From: Chiloscyllium plagiosum
Taxonomy: Eukaryota
NCBI RefSeq assembly: GCF_004010195.1
Contig: NC_057718.1
Coordinates: 102,765,775-102,829,774 of the forward strand
DNA: 64,000 bases
Direction: 5' to 3'
The position numbers and the translations under genes are program-made. The notes beneath the pieces are model-generated. The model worked only from the letters and a program-made list of their open reading frames with translations. It had not been told where the DNA came from and searched no databases. Below, piece by piece: positions 48,338-61,227 of this stretch. Position 1 is the stretch's first letter. Each line of letters starts with the position of its first letter.

Positions 48338-49619
48338 CTCCTGCTCCTTGGATGCTGCCTGACCTGCTGCGCTTTTCCAGCAACACATTTTTCAGCTCTG
48401 ATCTCCAGCATCTGCAGTCCTCACTTTCTCCTAGTAGCCACAATGACCAGAACACTATGTGAATATTAGCTTTGTCCACCTTTGGCACATCCAGAAGGAC
48501 ATATTTTCAATCATGACAGTCAATGGTGTACTTCTTTGAAGTGTAGTTAATTGCTGTAACGTGAGCAGACAACTTTGCACACAACAAGGTCCCACAGCCA
48601 GCTAGGTGACAATGATCAGATTATCTCTTGTTGGAGAAATAAAAACTGTACAGGGTATCAGGGATAAAACAATGACCCACTACCCCTGCCCTTTTGCTAT
48701 TCTTTGACATTGTGCCTTGAGATTTCTCAGGTCTGGAAAGCACGATTGAGGGGTCGAATAGCCTACTCCTGCTCCTAAATCATTATGCCTGGGACAGCAG
48801 TTAAACCCTCATGTTACCATCCCATCTGCAAACTAGCACATCTATAAGAGCAGCACTCCCTCAGTGCACAGTACACCAGATGTAGTCTAACCAGGCCTTT
48901 CCTGGAGCACTGTATGGATGGAACAAAACCTCTTTGCCTTTATTTTTGAATCCTAGTTAGAAAGGATAACATTCCAATAGCCTTCCTGATTATTGCTGTA
49001 ACTGACAACTGGATTTCAGCCCTCTATTCTTGGACCCTTGAAACTGTTGTGACTGTGATTGTTCCTAAATTTACATCACCGAAATAATACTCAGACCTCT
49101 CCATGTCTTTGGTCCAAAATGGATGATCTCATCCTTACTAAGCTCAATGTTCTGGTGCACATTAATCTCACGTCATTGAGGCTGACACTGAGAATTCGCC
49201 CCACCAAAATCAATCCCATCTGTTTCTTTGTTGTCGCTAAAAGCGCGACGCTGTCGAAGCAGGGTAGAAATATGAGTTGACAGAACATGAATTCCACTCC
49301 GATGAGTCACTATCACAAACCTGACCAGCATCTGATTCTCCATTTCACATTGTTCAGGGCAGGCTGTGAATGAGACTAGCACGCGATCCACACTCTGCCT
49401 CAGTCAACTGTGGATGCCTGGGCATTTAGACCCTCTCACTCACTGCACTGATTACACTGCTATGTCATAGGAGCAACTGAGTTGAACCCAAGATGGCCAA
49501 TGATGACACAGATACCTTACTGGTGGTGGTATCTTTCAGAACTTGCCTATTTCTACAGAAATATGCTCAGACCATCCCATTACACTCCTTTTATACATCT
49601 TAGCAACACATGAATTTGT

Positions 49620-50210
49620 AATATTGCTGGGTTAGTAATCCAGAATTCCAGGCTCACATTCTGAGGACAAGCATGAAAATTAATGGAGAAACTCAGCATC
49701 TGTGGAGAGAAAATCAGAGTTAATGTTTGAGTGACCCTTTTTCTGAACTGTTCTGGAGAAGGGTCACTGCACTTGAACATTAACTCTGTTTCTCTCCACA
49801 GACACTGCCAGACCTGTTGAGTTTCTCCAGCAATTACTGGTTTTGTTTCAGATTTCCAACATTTACAGCTCTTTGATTTTTTTTTAATGCTCTGGGGATA
49901 TGGGTTCAAGCCCCACCATGGCAGATGGTGAAATTGAAATACGACACAACAAAAAGCCAGCTTAATGGTGGCTGTATAACCCTGTGTGTTACCATCATTG
50001 TGTACTTGCTGTATATTATTACCACAAACTTACCTGATTCACCAATACCCCTTTAGGGAAGTACACATGTCTTCCTTACCTGGTCTGACCTACAAGTCAC
50101 TATAGATCCACATGAGTGTGGTTGATCTTTAACCACCCTCTGGGCAATTAGTAATGGTGATAAGTGATGGCAATGCCAGCAACACTCACATCCTATGAAG
50201 AAATGAAAAA
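49620..50210 (+). mobile_element. SINE family 2 with nested palindromic PLE family C element (~49675-49885)
   Basis: GTAATCCAGA..CAGGCT head resumes at ATGCTCTGGGGATATGGGTTCAAG; insert has inverted arms around TTCTGAACTGTTCTGGAGAA. Confidence 0.7.
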
Positions 50211-50284
50211 AGCCTCAATTAGGAATGGACTGTTGCCTCACACAGATAGCTGGCCCCAGGGGTGTTACTGAGCCTATCTTTCAG

Positions 50285-50800
50285 GCTTGGCTCAGCTGCT
50301 GGAACCTCTGAGTCTGAAGTCCGTGAGCTTGAGCCCCTGTTCTGAAGATTGGAGCACAACACTGTAGGCTGCGACTCATATTGGCCGCATGTTGGTTTGT
50401 GAGACAGGGTGGTGCCTACGCCCTGTGTTCAGTTCCTGAACCAGCTGAGGTCACCTACCGTTTACTGAGGTGTGCTGCTCCTCAGGTTAACCTCGCCCCC
50501 TGTCCTCTCTCTGTGCTCCTCTGGGACAATGGTGACTTCAGTTTGCATTACTGAAGGAATACTGTGCTGTTGGAGGAGATCTTGTCTGTCCCCCTGTAAG
50601 GTGCTACTGCAGAACAGTGGATGATAATCCCTCAAGCAACACCTAAAACAGTTGGTCACGATCACTTTGCTGTTTGTGGGAGCTCGCTCTCCAAGTTTCC
50701 CTCTGGTAACACAATGGATACAGTGTCAATGCGATTAGTGATGAGGGAGAGCTCATTTTCACTGTGATCTTGAATGCACCATTGGAAAGGGTGTAGAGTA
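50285..50800 (+). mobile_element. Deu-domain SINE with nested family 3 SINE, degraded
   Basis: ACTGAAGGAATACTGTGCTGTTGGAGG; GATCACTTTGCTGTTTGTGGGAGCTCGCT. Confidence 0.55.
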
Positions 50801-51029
50801 AATTTTGAAAGGCCATTTGATAAATAGTTGAGAAGGAAAAATGCACAAGGCACTGGGGATAAAGCAGAGCAGTGACTTTACCTTACAAAGAACCAGCATA
50901 GGCACATGGGCCAAATGGCCACTTCCTTTACTATGTCAATCTAGGATTGTGTGAGATGATGAGTAAGTTGATGTTCCTCTGCCCAGGTTCGAATCACGAT
51001 CTCAGACAGCCTCGTTCAGCTACGGCTGA

Positions 51030-51400
51030 TTTCCTTGATGCAGACAATGTTGAGGGAGGATCTGACTGAGGTGTACAAAGGTCTGAGGGGCATAGACATG
51101 GTCAGTGGGGTAGGGGGCAGTAAGGTAGGGGGCAGTAAGGTAAGGGGTAGAAGGTTTAGCCAGATTTGAGAAAAATGTTTTTCACCCAGAAGATGTTGGC
51201 TATCTGGAACTTGATGCCGAACAGGATGGATAAGGCAGGAACGCTCACAACATTTGAGAAGTATTGAAGTGAACACTTGAAATATCAGAGTATACATTGC
51301 TATGGGCTAAGTGCTGGAAAATGTGATTAGAATTGATGGACGTTTGATAAACAGTACTGAAATGATGGGCTGAAGGGCCTTTTCTATGCCTCTATGCCTG
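51030..51400 (+). mobile_element. Older CR1 3' fragment with short internal tandem duplication
   Basis: TTGAGGGAGGATCTGACTGAGGTGTACAAAG (LREDLTEVYK); (GGTAGGGGGCAGTAA)x2. Confidence 0.7.
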
Positions 51401-52496
51401 CAGACTAACCAAGTATCGATGGAGTAATATTCTTCTTAATTCATGAACCAAGGAAATCTGAACCATGATCCATGTGGGCCAACCCAGGCCCTCATATTCA
51501 GAAAACTGTTGGGGAAGACCATGACCACAACTGGTATAGTGAGGGATATTCAGAACTGAGAATTTGCCAAAATTCTGTCTTTCCATTATCTGCCATTTTT
51601 CACATTTGTTTTTGTAAAAATCTTACTAACTTTATCGATGGGAATATAGCCAAAGGTTTAAAACAGCATCAAAGTCAGAACATGAGCCCAAAGAAACATA
51701 TTAAAGTTAAACTTCATGCTATTTATGTCTTAAAGTGACTGATGCTTCTTTACTGGAAGAATTCTGAAGATGTAATCAAATCAACATGGACAGTGTTCTG
51801 AAGTTAAATCAGCGTGGAAATGGCAGGTAGCGATAATGTCCCAAACTAGTAACTCAGTGGCCTGGCTGTTACTGTTGGGGCAGGGGGGTGGCTGAGTGGC
51901 GGGGGAGAGGGGGTGAGGTCAGGGATGGTAGGTAAGGGGTTCAAATCATACCACAGCAACTTGTGGAATTTCAGCTCAGTTACAATATGCCGGGCATAGT
52001 GCTGGTATGGTGAAGTCACGAAGCTTGTATTTCCAAACCCCAGGTTAATGTTGTGGGGGAAGGGGTTCAACTCCCAGTTGAAATTATGCCATTCAGCCCC
52101 TGAAGCCTGCTATCCCTTTCAATAAGATCTGATATAATTGCAGGCACAACTACATTTTCTTGTGTGGCCCCTTCCTAACACCCAACTCCCTTGTCTAAAG
52201 AAAAATCTCTCTCATTCAGCCACTACCTCCCCTACCTTCTGGAGAAAAGAATTTCAGTCTCTAGCCACTTTCTGATAGAGGAAAAAGACATCCCCCTCTC
52301 TTAAATGGGAGACCTCTCACTCCTAATGTATCCTCTAGTTTTAGATTCCCTCTATAAATACTGGCTGTGTCAGTCACACCCATATTCTATTGTGGGGGGA
52401 TGGTGGGAGTGCCGGGGGGAGGAGGTGGTGAAATCTGGACATTCTGGTCTTCCATCCAGCATCGAACCTCTCCAGTCCTCTCAAGATCCCATACGT

Positions 52497-52880
52497 TTGC
52501 GGCTGAAGGGTGACCTTATAGAGGCTTATAAAATCATGAGGGCCATGGATAAGGTGAATAACCAAGGTCTTTTCCCTGGAGTGGGGGAGTCCAGAACTAG
52601 AAGGCATATTTTTGAGATGAGAGGAAAGAGATTTAAAAGGGACCCGTGGAGCGACATTTTCACAGAGTGTGGATCGTATGTGGAATAAACTGCCAGAGGA
52701 AGTGGTTGTTGGAGGAACAGTTACAACATTTAAAAGACATTTGGACAGGTACATGAAGAGAAAAGGTTCAGAGGGATATGGGCCAAATGCTGGCATGTAA
52801 GATTAGTTTAGTTTGGGAGACTTGGTTGGCATGGACAAGTTGGACTGAAGGATCTGTTTCCGTGCTGTATGACTCTATTA
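52497..52880 (+). mobile_element. CR1 3' fragment
   Basis: ORF 52305-52688 RLKGDLIEAYKIMRAMDKVNNQGLFPGVGESRTRRH. Confidence 0.9.
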
Positions 52881-53619
52881 CTCAGAGATCACCTCTCCTT
52901 ATTCTAAGCAGGCCAGGCCCAGTTTGTTCAACCATTCTTCATATGATAAGCCTTTTATACCAAGGAAAAAGTTCAGTGAACATCTGCTGAACTGCTCCTA
53001 AACCAAAACATGCGATCTCACACCAATCTACAGCTGCCAAACTTTCTGTAATTATTTAAATCCAGTCAAATGGATACGTTTTGCGTCTTTGTTGACCACA
53101 GTAATGGGGCCCTAAAACTTGGAGACAGTCCAAGAAAACAAACTGATGACTTTGCCACTTATATGATGGCACTTCATTTAAAGAAATTATATCTTTAAGA
53201 TAGCCACATTTTAGATTTTTGACTTTGACTCTTGCACTGGCTAGACAACACATGTCTCATCTTAGCACTGCACTATCAACATTTTAAGAAGATTCATGCA
53301 ATGAAACATCCACAGCCCTTGACAGGATCAATTTCAATTTAACATTTGGCAAGTTCCAGCTGATCATATCATGGCCTCGTTGTAGTCAATCCTACCTTTT
53401 TATTAGGTTTTAAAGAGAAACATGTCCTTTCTGTTTGGGATAGATGGAAGAGGGCAGCAGGGAGGAGGTGGATGTTAACTGGATGGATCTTTGGGTTTGT
53501 GATAAAGCTGGTGATAGAAGCTATTTGTCTGTCGCTGCAGCTACTGTTTGCATAGTGCAGCCCCTAAATTTGATGCAATCACTGCATTTGGTCTAAAGGC
53601 TCTGTGGTAATGTTGCTAA

Positions 53620-53937
53620 GCTGGTAACTTGGAGGTGCAGGCTAACGGTCCCAAGGCATTGGTTCAAATGTCAATTCTACACCAACTGGTAGAATATAAA
53701 CTCTGGAATTGGAAGCTAGTAATGATTACAATGCAATAAATCATTTCAATAGACTGAGTTCACTTTGGGGAAAGTTCTTCTTACCTAGTCTGGCCTACAT
53801 ATTGACTCCACACCCACTGTGGTTAACTCTTAACTCCCCTCTGAAATGACTTAGTGGGATCGTCAGCCCAAGGGGCAATTAGGGTTGGGCAACAAGTGCC
53901 ATGTCAGAGATACCCACATCCTGTGAATGAATAAAAA
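53620..53937 (+). mobile_element. SINE family 2
   Basis: GTCTGGCCTACATATTGACTCC, tail GGGCAATTAGGGTTGGGCAACAAGTGCC...GTGAATGAATAAAAA. Confidence 0.7.
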
Positions 53938-55694
53938 CAAGTTCAGGTCAATCTGTAAATTTAAAAAAGCTGATGATTATTAAAATGATAGGTTACACAT
54001 TCCAGGAAAGGATGAATTAAAAAATAAATAACAATCCAGCTAAATACTAATAAACAGACCTTAGAGTTCTGGCAAATGGGATGAGACTAATTTAGGATAT
54101 CTGGTCACAATGCATGAGTTGGAATGAAGGGTCTGCTTCAGTGTTGTAGTACTCGATGACTCTAATTGGAAAAAATGAAACCCTCCACGTCTGCAGATTT
54201 AGGACCTCCACCAACATCACCCCATCCCCCCACCACATTGCCTTCCAAGCATTTTCAGAATAATTTTGCTGGGATATTTTTCCCAGCAGTGTTCATTTTG
54301 CCCGCCTGCAATGCTTTTTCGGGCTGACAATGTAATGCTGTGGTTGCGCCGGCGTTTTATTAAGTGCCTCATTGTGAGTGTTTTGATGAGCACAGATGTG
54401 GTGTGGCTGGAATGTGGATCTCAAGCCATACAGTCAAGACAGCTGGTGCAGTGCACTATCACATTTCCAATGGTATTTAAAACTAGTTATCCCTCTGTTA
54501 GCCCCTTCGACAATCCAACTGCATTCAGGTGTTTTAACTTCACATTGACAAGCATGCACGTGTGTCTAAAAAAATATTTAAAACTCTGCTCCACAAACAG
54601 ATTAATGTGGATAATCCCATTTGAGACAGCCTTGAGTGTTTACAGGAAGCAGATTATTTTTCAGCCCTGAGCACTGACCTGGGATCCACATTCAGTTGAA
54701 TATTTCATATTGTCGACAACCTCTGTTTTGTTGTAGTCGTCCAGTTAAAAAGATTGTGCAAGTCCATAGCTTTTTGTCTCTGCTGTTTATTCTTCTGGAC
54801 CCTGTAGCTTTAAAGGATGTTATAGATTATACTCTGAGAGTGGAGCCTTAAGTTCACAACGTATTGCAGTCAAGGTCACTTTGGACAGAGGTCAAAGGTC
54901 AATAGCACGATGACCATTCTGTGTTGGCCAAGCATTGGGTCACATCTAGCACTGGCTGTTTTGGTGAACTGTTTGAAGTTTGTTCTTTGTTTGTTTGTTG
55001 GAGATTACCTCTCGATTCATGGATGATGCCCTCTCAGGATGGCAGGTACATGTCATGTTCTTTGTGTGAGTGAACAGGTCAATTCTTGACCCACAGATTG
55101 ATGGACACAGAGGGTAAGATGTTCCACATGGCAATGGGACCCAGAGAACAGGATTTGCTTCCCTTTCCTTCCTTGTCTGTCACCCTTGAAGCATCCCGTT
55201 AGTCAGAGCCTGCCAACCTGTGAATGACTCTTTTATTCCCACTCTCTGCTTTCTTCCTGCTAACCAACCCTCAATTCATACAGTTTAATATATAATGGTT
55301 CCTCCCTTTCTCACAGATAACTACGGACATCCAACCCCGAATGGATAGTAATCGTAATGACTGCTGCTTGATTGTAAATAAATATCTCTACATTTCATCT
55401 GCATCATTGCATGTCACACGCTAATCCTCAGGCCTATAATTATAATAAAATTACTTTGCTGTATAACTGATGTTTTGGTCTGCTGGGAGGAATGCCAACA
55501 ATGGAGAGATTGCATCAAATGTCTATTCTAATTGTTACTTGAAATATCCCATTCTTCTGGTTCAGCTGCGTTGGAAGATGATACCTACCTCCAGCAATTG
55601 GCAGCTCAACTCCAAACCATTTGCTCAGGCCTGATTTCCCCATGGAAGGAAATGGTGGGATCAGAGAAAAAGCTAAGATTCCCTGCTTGGCATT

Positions 55695-56255
55695 GAGTGC
55701 AAGTCAGAGGTCAGGAATTCTGCAGCAAGTTATCTCCTGACTCCCCAAAGCTTGTCCACCATCTACAAGGTACAAGTCAGGAGTGTGATGGAATATTCCC
55801 ACTTGCCTGGATGGGTGCAGCTCCAACAACACACAAGAAGCTCAATACTGTCCCGGACAAAGCAGCCCACTTGATTGGCACCACATCCATCAAAATTCAC
55901 CCCTTCCACCATTGGTGTACAGTGACAGCTGTGTGTACCATCTACAAGATGCATTGTAGCAACTTGCTGTGGTTTCTTACAAACCTGTACCATCTAAAAA
56001 GACAATAGCAGCAGATGCATGGGAATGCCACCCCCTGCAAGTTCCCCTCTGAGACACTCACTGTCCAGATTTGGAAATATATTGCCGTTCCTTCACCATC
56101 ACAGCATCAGCATCCAGGAACAACTTCCCTAACAGGTCTGTGCCGTGCTGCATGGACAGCAGTGGCTCGAGAAAGCAGCTCACCACCAACTCCTCAAGGT
56201 TAAATGGGGAGGGGCAGTAAATGTGTTCATGGCACCTATGTGATAGTCCACAAAA
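55695..56255 (+). mobile_element. Second CR1-group LINE family, 3' end
   Basis: ORF 55697-56008 PLAWMGAAPTTHKKLNTVPDKAAHLIG...VCTIYKMHCSN. Confidence 0.8.
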
Positions 56256-56964
56256 GCAGAAGAACAACTTCTATTGATGTCGTATCTTCTCCCTGATAAA
56301 TGTCCCAAGTCATGACCAAGCAGAAGCCTTACCCTGAGCCACTTAGTTGGAGAGATGACCATTTGTTGGGAGTGGGAATCACAAGATTCTTTGGAGATTT
56401 GGAGAGCCCTAGGCAATTTGATTGGAGTATGTAATACACTGAGGGATCTCGACAACGTGGGTATGGAAGAATCTAGAAGCAGGAGCAAGCAAAAACAGAA
56501 AGTGCTGAAGAAACTCAGCAGATCTGGCAGCACCTGTGGAGACAGAAGCAGCGTTAATGTTTCAAATCCAGTGATCCTTCTTCAGAACTGGAATCTGTAA
56601 TTAGTGTTGACTGTTTCAAATTAAAAGATTGCCCATTTAAGACAGAGATGAGGAGTTTAGGAAGTTCAGAACACTAACCCAGTCATTTAACTACTTTGCA
56701 CATTACATTGTTCTTAATGACTGGTATTCATCACACCTTAAAGTGTCTAAGGGGTTCATGCCGTGCAAAGAACGTTCCACAACTCTGCATTTGGATGGAC
56801 CTATGTTTGGCCAAGGATATTTGATAACTCAAGGGTTATTACACAGTTTGTTAAGGTACTGAGCTGGGGAGATTCTAGATTCAGTCTGTGTGGGATAAAC
56901 TAGGATGTCTCAAAAGTGATGAAGTGAAAATGATTTGGATCTGAGATACATTACTGACTCATTC

Positions 56965-57540
56965 CACTTTAGAAATAGAACCAGTCTGACTCAAGATTGG
57001 GATAAAGACAGACTTTAACTTCATGCCTTTAATGCATTGTCTGAGCTGAGATGGCACCTATTGCTAGAAAACCTGAGTTTATCTTGAGAATGTGACTTAA
57101 AAGAAGTTCTGGGATTTCCATATTAAAGAACTGAAACCTGCAACCAATTTTAAAAGATGAAAGACTTAATCTAAGTTTATCACTTCAGATGCTTGACACG
57201 GTAATCTTTTGCTACAAATTCTGTGTCTTATGATCCTGCTTCAGGTCAGGGTGAATTGGCCATGCTAAACTGCCCATAGTGTTCTGTACATTAGTCAGGG
57301 GTAAATGTAAGGGAATGGGTCTGGGTGTGTTACTCTTCGGAGGGTCGGTTTGGACTTGTTGGGCCGAAGGTCCTGTTTCCATACTGTAAGGAATCTAATC
57401 TAATCTAATCTAGCCACTTGATGAAGAAGCAGCGCTCCAAAAGCTAGTGCTTCTAAATAAACCTGTTAGACTATAACCTGGTGTTGAGTGATTTATAACT
57501 TTGTCCATCCCAGTCTAACACCAGCACCTCCACTTCATGA
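56965..57540 (+). mobile_element. Longer PLE family B 3' region interrupted by an HE1 3' half (~57241-57412)
   Basis: ACAAATTCTGTGT matches the spacer of 3748-4002; CACTTGATGAAGAAGCAGCGCTCCAAAAGCTAGTG degenerate hammerhead; 5' boundary uncertain. Confidence 0.6.
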
Positions 57541-57607
57541 CTCATTACTGCTATTATTCCCTTTGTTACTGGAGGTGGCCTTCTCTTGTCAACAGAGAGT
57601 CACCTGT

Positions 57608-57921
57608 TTTTTTTTTAGATTACTTACAGTGTGGAAACAGGCCCTTCGGCCCAACAAGTCCACACCGACCCGCCGAAGCGCAACCCACCCATACCCCTAC
57701 ATTTACCCCTTACCTAACACTACGGGCAATTTAGCATGGTCAATTCACCTGACCTGCACATCTTTGGACTGTGGGAGGAAACCGGAGCACCCGGAGGAAA
57801 CCCACGCAGACATGGGGAGAACGTGCAAACTCCACACAGTCAGTCGCCTGAGGCGGGAAATGAACCCGGGTCTCTGGCGCTGTGAGGCAGCAGTGCTAAC
57901 CACTGTGCCACCGTGCTGCCC
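57608..57921 (-). mobile_element. HE1 SINE, young CpG-rich subfamily
   Basis: Complete element ending TAATCT-poly(A) on minus; near-identical to 9485-9808. Confidence 0.93.
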
Positions 57922-58415
57922 ACTGCATTCTGACATGGTTATGGAGCCTGATGGATGACCTGTTTGCTTTTTCATAGATGAGGATAAACGGGTGAATGGG
58001 ATGTGAGTGAGGGAGTTGGTAAAGTACACAAGAAACATCAGTGTGTGAGTTGGTTGTGGTGGAGGTTGCCTGCATTTTGCTAACCCTGCATTTTCGGCCT
58101 TGCCCATTGGTTACCAGTGCCTTGTCAGGACAAGATGGATGAAGATGTGGTTAACTTCAATGGATCATCTGCATAGCCCTCTAAGCGAGTGCTGACTTGT
58201 CATTCTCTCGATTTAATTGTTATTTATAAATCAGCAACTCCATATTACATCATTATAAAATCTGAGTGTCCAGGACTTGACACCATTTTAAGAGGTAACA
58301 CCTGTTTGGGTACTTCAATGCATCAAGGGGAAGTCAAAGTAACTTTCAAGACTTCCTGGGGATTCTAATTCTTTCATGTCATGTGAGTGTTGAAGGCAAG
58401 ACCAACATTTGATGC

Positions 58416-58609
58416 TGGAAAAGCACAGGAGGTCAGGCAACATCTGAGGAACTGGAGAATCGAACTTTCGAGCATTGATGTTTCGTCAATGAAGGGCTTA
58501 TGCCCAAAACATGATTCTCCTGCTCCTCGGATGCTGCCTGACCTGCTGTGCTTTTCCAGCACCACACTCTCGACTCTGATCTCCAGCATCTGTCCTCACT
58601 TTCTCCCAG
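58416..58609. mobile_element. PLE family A palindrome, 10 bp TSD
   Basis: CATTTGATGC at 58406-58415 and 58610-58619. Confidence 0.85.
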
Positions 58610-58679
58610 CATTTGATGCCCATTAGTAACTACCCTCAGGAAGTGCTCTGAATATGAAAAGAACTGCTCCCGTCTTTCT

Positions 58680-58790
58680 GGTGTGAGGAAGGGCCACTCG
58701 ACCCGAAACGTTAACTCTGATTTCTCCGCACCGATGCTGCCAGACCTGCTGAGCTTTTCCAGCAACTTCCTGTTTTTGTTCCCGACTTTC
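58680..58790 (+). mobile_element. PLE family C arm with hammerhead-like core
   Basis: GTGAGGA-A-GGGCC-ACTC-GACCC-GAAA-CGTT, then AACTCTGATTTCTCC..GATGCTGCCAGACCTGCTGAG. Confidence 0.7.
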
Positions 58791-59057
58791 TGTGGTGGGA
58801 TGACATGACTCAAATGGACCGCTAGGCCGCATTGCTGTGGGTCTGGAAACACACGTTGGTCAGACTGGGAAAGGACGGCAGATTTCCTTCTCCAAAGAAG
58901 GAAAGGCAACTAAATAACAGCATACAGCAATTTTACATACACCACTCTTGAAATAGCTTTACATTGCATACTTTCTAATTAATCAAATTTTCAAAGTCGC
59001 CAAGGTAGAATTGGATCCCATTGCTGGAGAGCAAACACAGGTCTCCAGGTTAAGTGA

Positions 59058-59162
59058 CTGGACCACTGCATCACTGGACCACTGCATCACTGGACCACTG
59101 CATCACTGGACCACTGTATCACTGGACCACTGTATCACTGGACCACTGTATCACTGGATCAC
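59058..59162. repeat. 16 bp minisatellite CTGGACCACTG(C/T)ATCA x6.5
   Basis: Directly visible. Confidence 0.95.
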
Positions 59163-60724
59163 TTCACCACTATTGCCCCACTGTGTCCTAGCATTCCTCA
59201 AAGGAGAGAGTGGTGGCACCAGGCTAAGACATAAATTGTCTTTTAGCTGAACTTATCTTGGACTGGGATCACTGAGCACAATTTTGCCCGTGTGCTACTA
59301 GACAGTAATATTTACGCCTCCACTTTTAAACCAGATATTCAAAGATTTCCTGGACTTTGAAGCTTTTAACAACAGGTTAACAAAAATAATGAAATCCCCA
59401 TGGTAGTCACAGACAAGTGCTTAAAGGTAAAGTATCATATTCAATGCCCTGTAGGTTATAATCCTGACCTCTTCCTCAGAAAAATATCTTGCAGTGTATC
59501 ATCTGACAATCTCCCATTATTGTACCTTAAAGGTTCTCTGTAATTTTCCTGAAACTTAAGCAGGGGTACAACAAAGCACTTTTATTGGTCTGTTGATAAT
59601 TTTTACAGCTTTTTTTTCTTACAGTATAACTGTCGTCTTATGTTACTGAATTTATTTAAAATACCTTGAGCTATAGGACAAAGCTTATATAAGTGGAAAA
59701 GAATGCTGTGTGCATACTTCATCCTGACACTGTCACAATACATTCTTTGTGAGCATACAACAGGTATGCTGTTTCTTTAAAGTCACAAGTGATTAGATTC
59801 CTCTGGTAGATCTTTTATCTTCTTTTATCTAGTTAACCCTCAGTCCTATACTATTTACCATGGAAATGGAGCTTTAGCTTGCTACATCTGATAAGCTCAT
59901 GTCTAACTCAGCATAGCTGGAAGATGCAGTGCCATTCTGCTTTTGCTAGTTAAAGCAAAATGCTGTGGATGCTGGCAAAAAAGTGCTGGGGAAACTCAGC
60001 AGGTGTGGCAGAATTGGTAGAGACAGAAACGGAGTTAACGCTTTGAGTTCAGTGTGACTCTTCTCTCTCTGCAGTTGCGGCTGCACCTGCTGAGTTTCTC
60101 CAGCATTCTCTATTTTTATATTAAATTGGAGGCGTTGGGGGGAGTGAATGGCCAATGATGGCAGGGGATATGGATGAGTGGATAGGCAGTTAATATGGTG
60201 GGTATCACATTATTGATGCCATCTTTGGGGTAGGATTGGGGTGGGAATGGGGTCACGGTAAGGGTGAGTTTGGGGTTGTGGAGGTGGATGGAGTGGAGGA
60301 AATAATGTTATTGAAATAGAGACTTAGGCTACTGCTCTGGTTCGACTCCCAACATAACAGCGGATGGAGTGTAATCTCAATTAATGCAAGGTGAGTTCGT
60401 TTATTTTCCAAAAATCGCGTGGTTTACTAATTTCGTTGAGGAAAGGGTGCTTGCAGTCCTCACCTGATCTGCCCTAAATGGGACTCCAGAAAATCAGCAA
60501 AGTTGTTACCTCTGAAATGATCAAACAATTCATTCAGTTCAAGGACAATTAGGGATAGCTGAGCATGGTCTAGCAAACTCATCAGATCAAGAACGGTTAG
60601 GGAAGGCCATATTCCATGAAAAGAATGGTGGTGTTTAGGTTATTTCATAAATAGTTTGGATGGCCAGTCATCAGTAAAATTCAAATGGCTCATAAGGAAG
60701 AAACTTGATTGGACTGGTTTATGT

Positions 60725-61227
60725 CTTGAAAGGGTTCAGAAAAGATGTACGAGAATGTTGCCAGGGTTGGAGGATTTGAGCTATAGGGAGAGGCTGAACA
60801 GGGTGGGGCTGTTTTCCCTGGAGCGTCGGAGGCTGAGGGGTGACCTTATAGAGGTTTACAAAATTATGAGGGGCATGGATCGGATAAATAGGCAAAGTCT
60901 TTTCCCTGGGATTGGGGAGTCCAGAAATAGATGGCATAGGTTTAGGGTGAGAGGGGAAAGATATAAAAGAGACCTAAGGGGCAAGTTTTTTATGCAGACG
61001 GTGGCACGTGTATGGAATGAGCTGCCAGAGGAAGTGGTGGAGGCTGGTACAATTGCAACATTTAAAAGGCATTTGGATGGGTATATGAATAGGAAGAGTT
61101 TGGAGGGATATGGGTTGGGAGCTGGCAGGTGGGACTATATTGGGTTGGGAGATCTGGTTGGCATGGACGGGTTGGACCGAAGGGTCTGTTTCCATGCTGT
61201 ACATCTCTATGACTCTATGACTCTATG
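60725..61227 (+). mobile_element. CR1 (HER1-like) 3' end, best-preserved copy
   Basis: ORF 60656-61228 LERVQKRCTRMLPGLEDLSYRERLNRVGLFSLERRRLRGDLIEVYKIMRG...; (CTATGACT)n tail. Confidence 0.95.

Larger units (their letters stand above)
48211..48432. mobile_element. PLE family A near-complete palindrome, 14 bp TSD, two complete hammerhead cores
   Basis: AGTAGCCACAATGA at 48197-48210 and 48433-48446; centre CAGGAATCCTG. Confidence 0.9.

Noticed and set aside
48211..48432. DNA-transposon MITE interpretation of family A
   Set aside because: Arms unequal and variably truncated, TSD length variable, and the same arm follows a PLE ORF end at 31575-31948
54266..54670. 134 aa ORF in unique DNA
   Set aside because: Non-ATG start, no recognisable domain or splice structure
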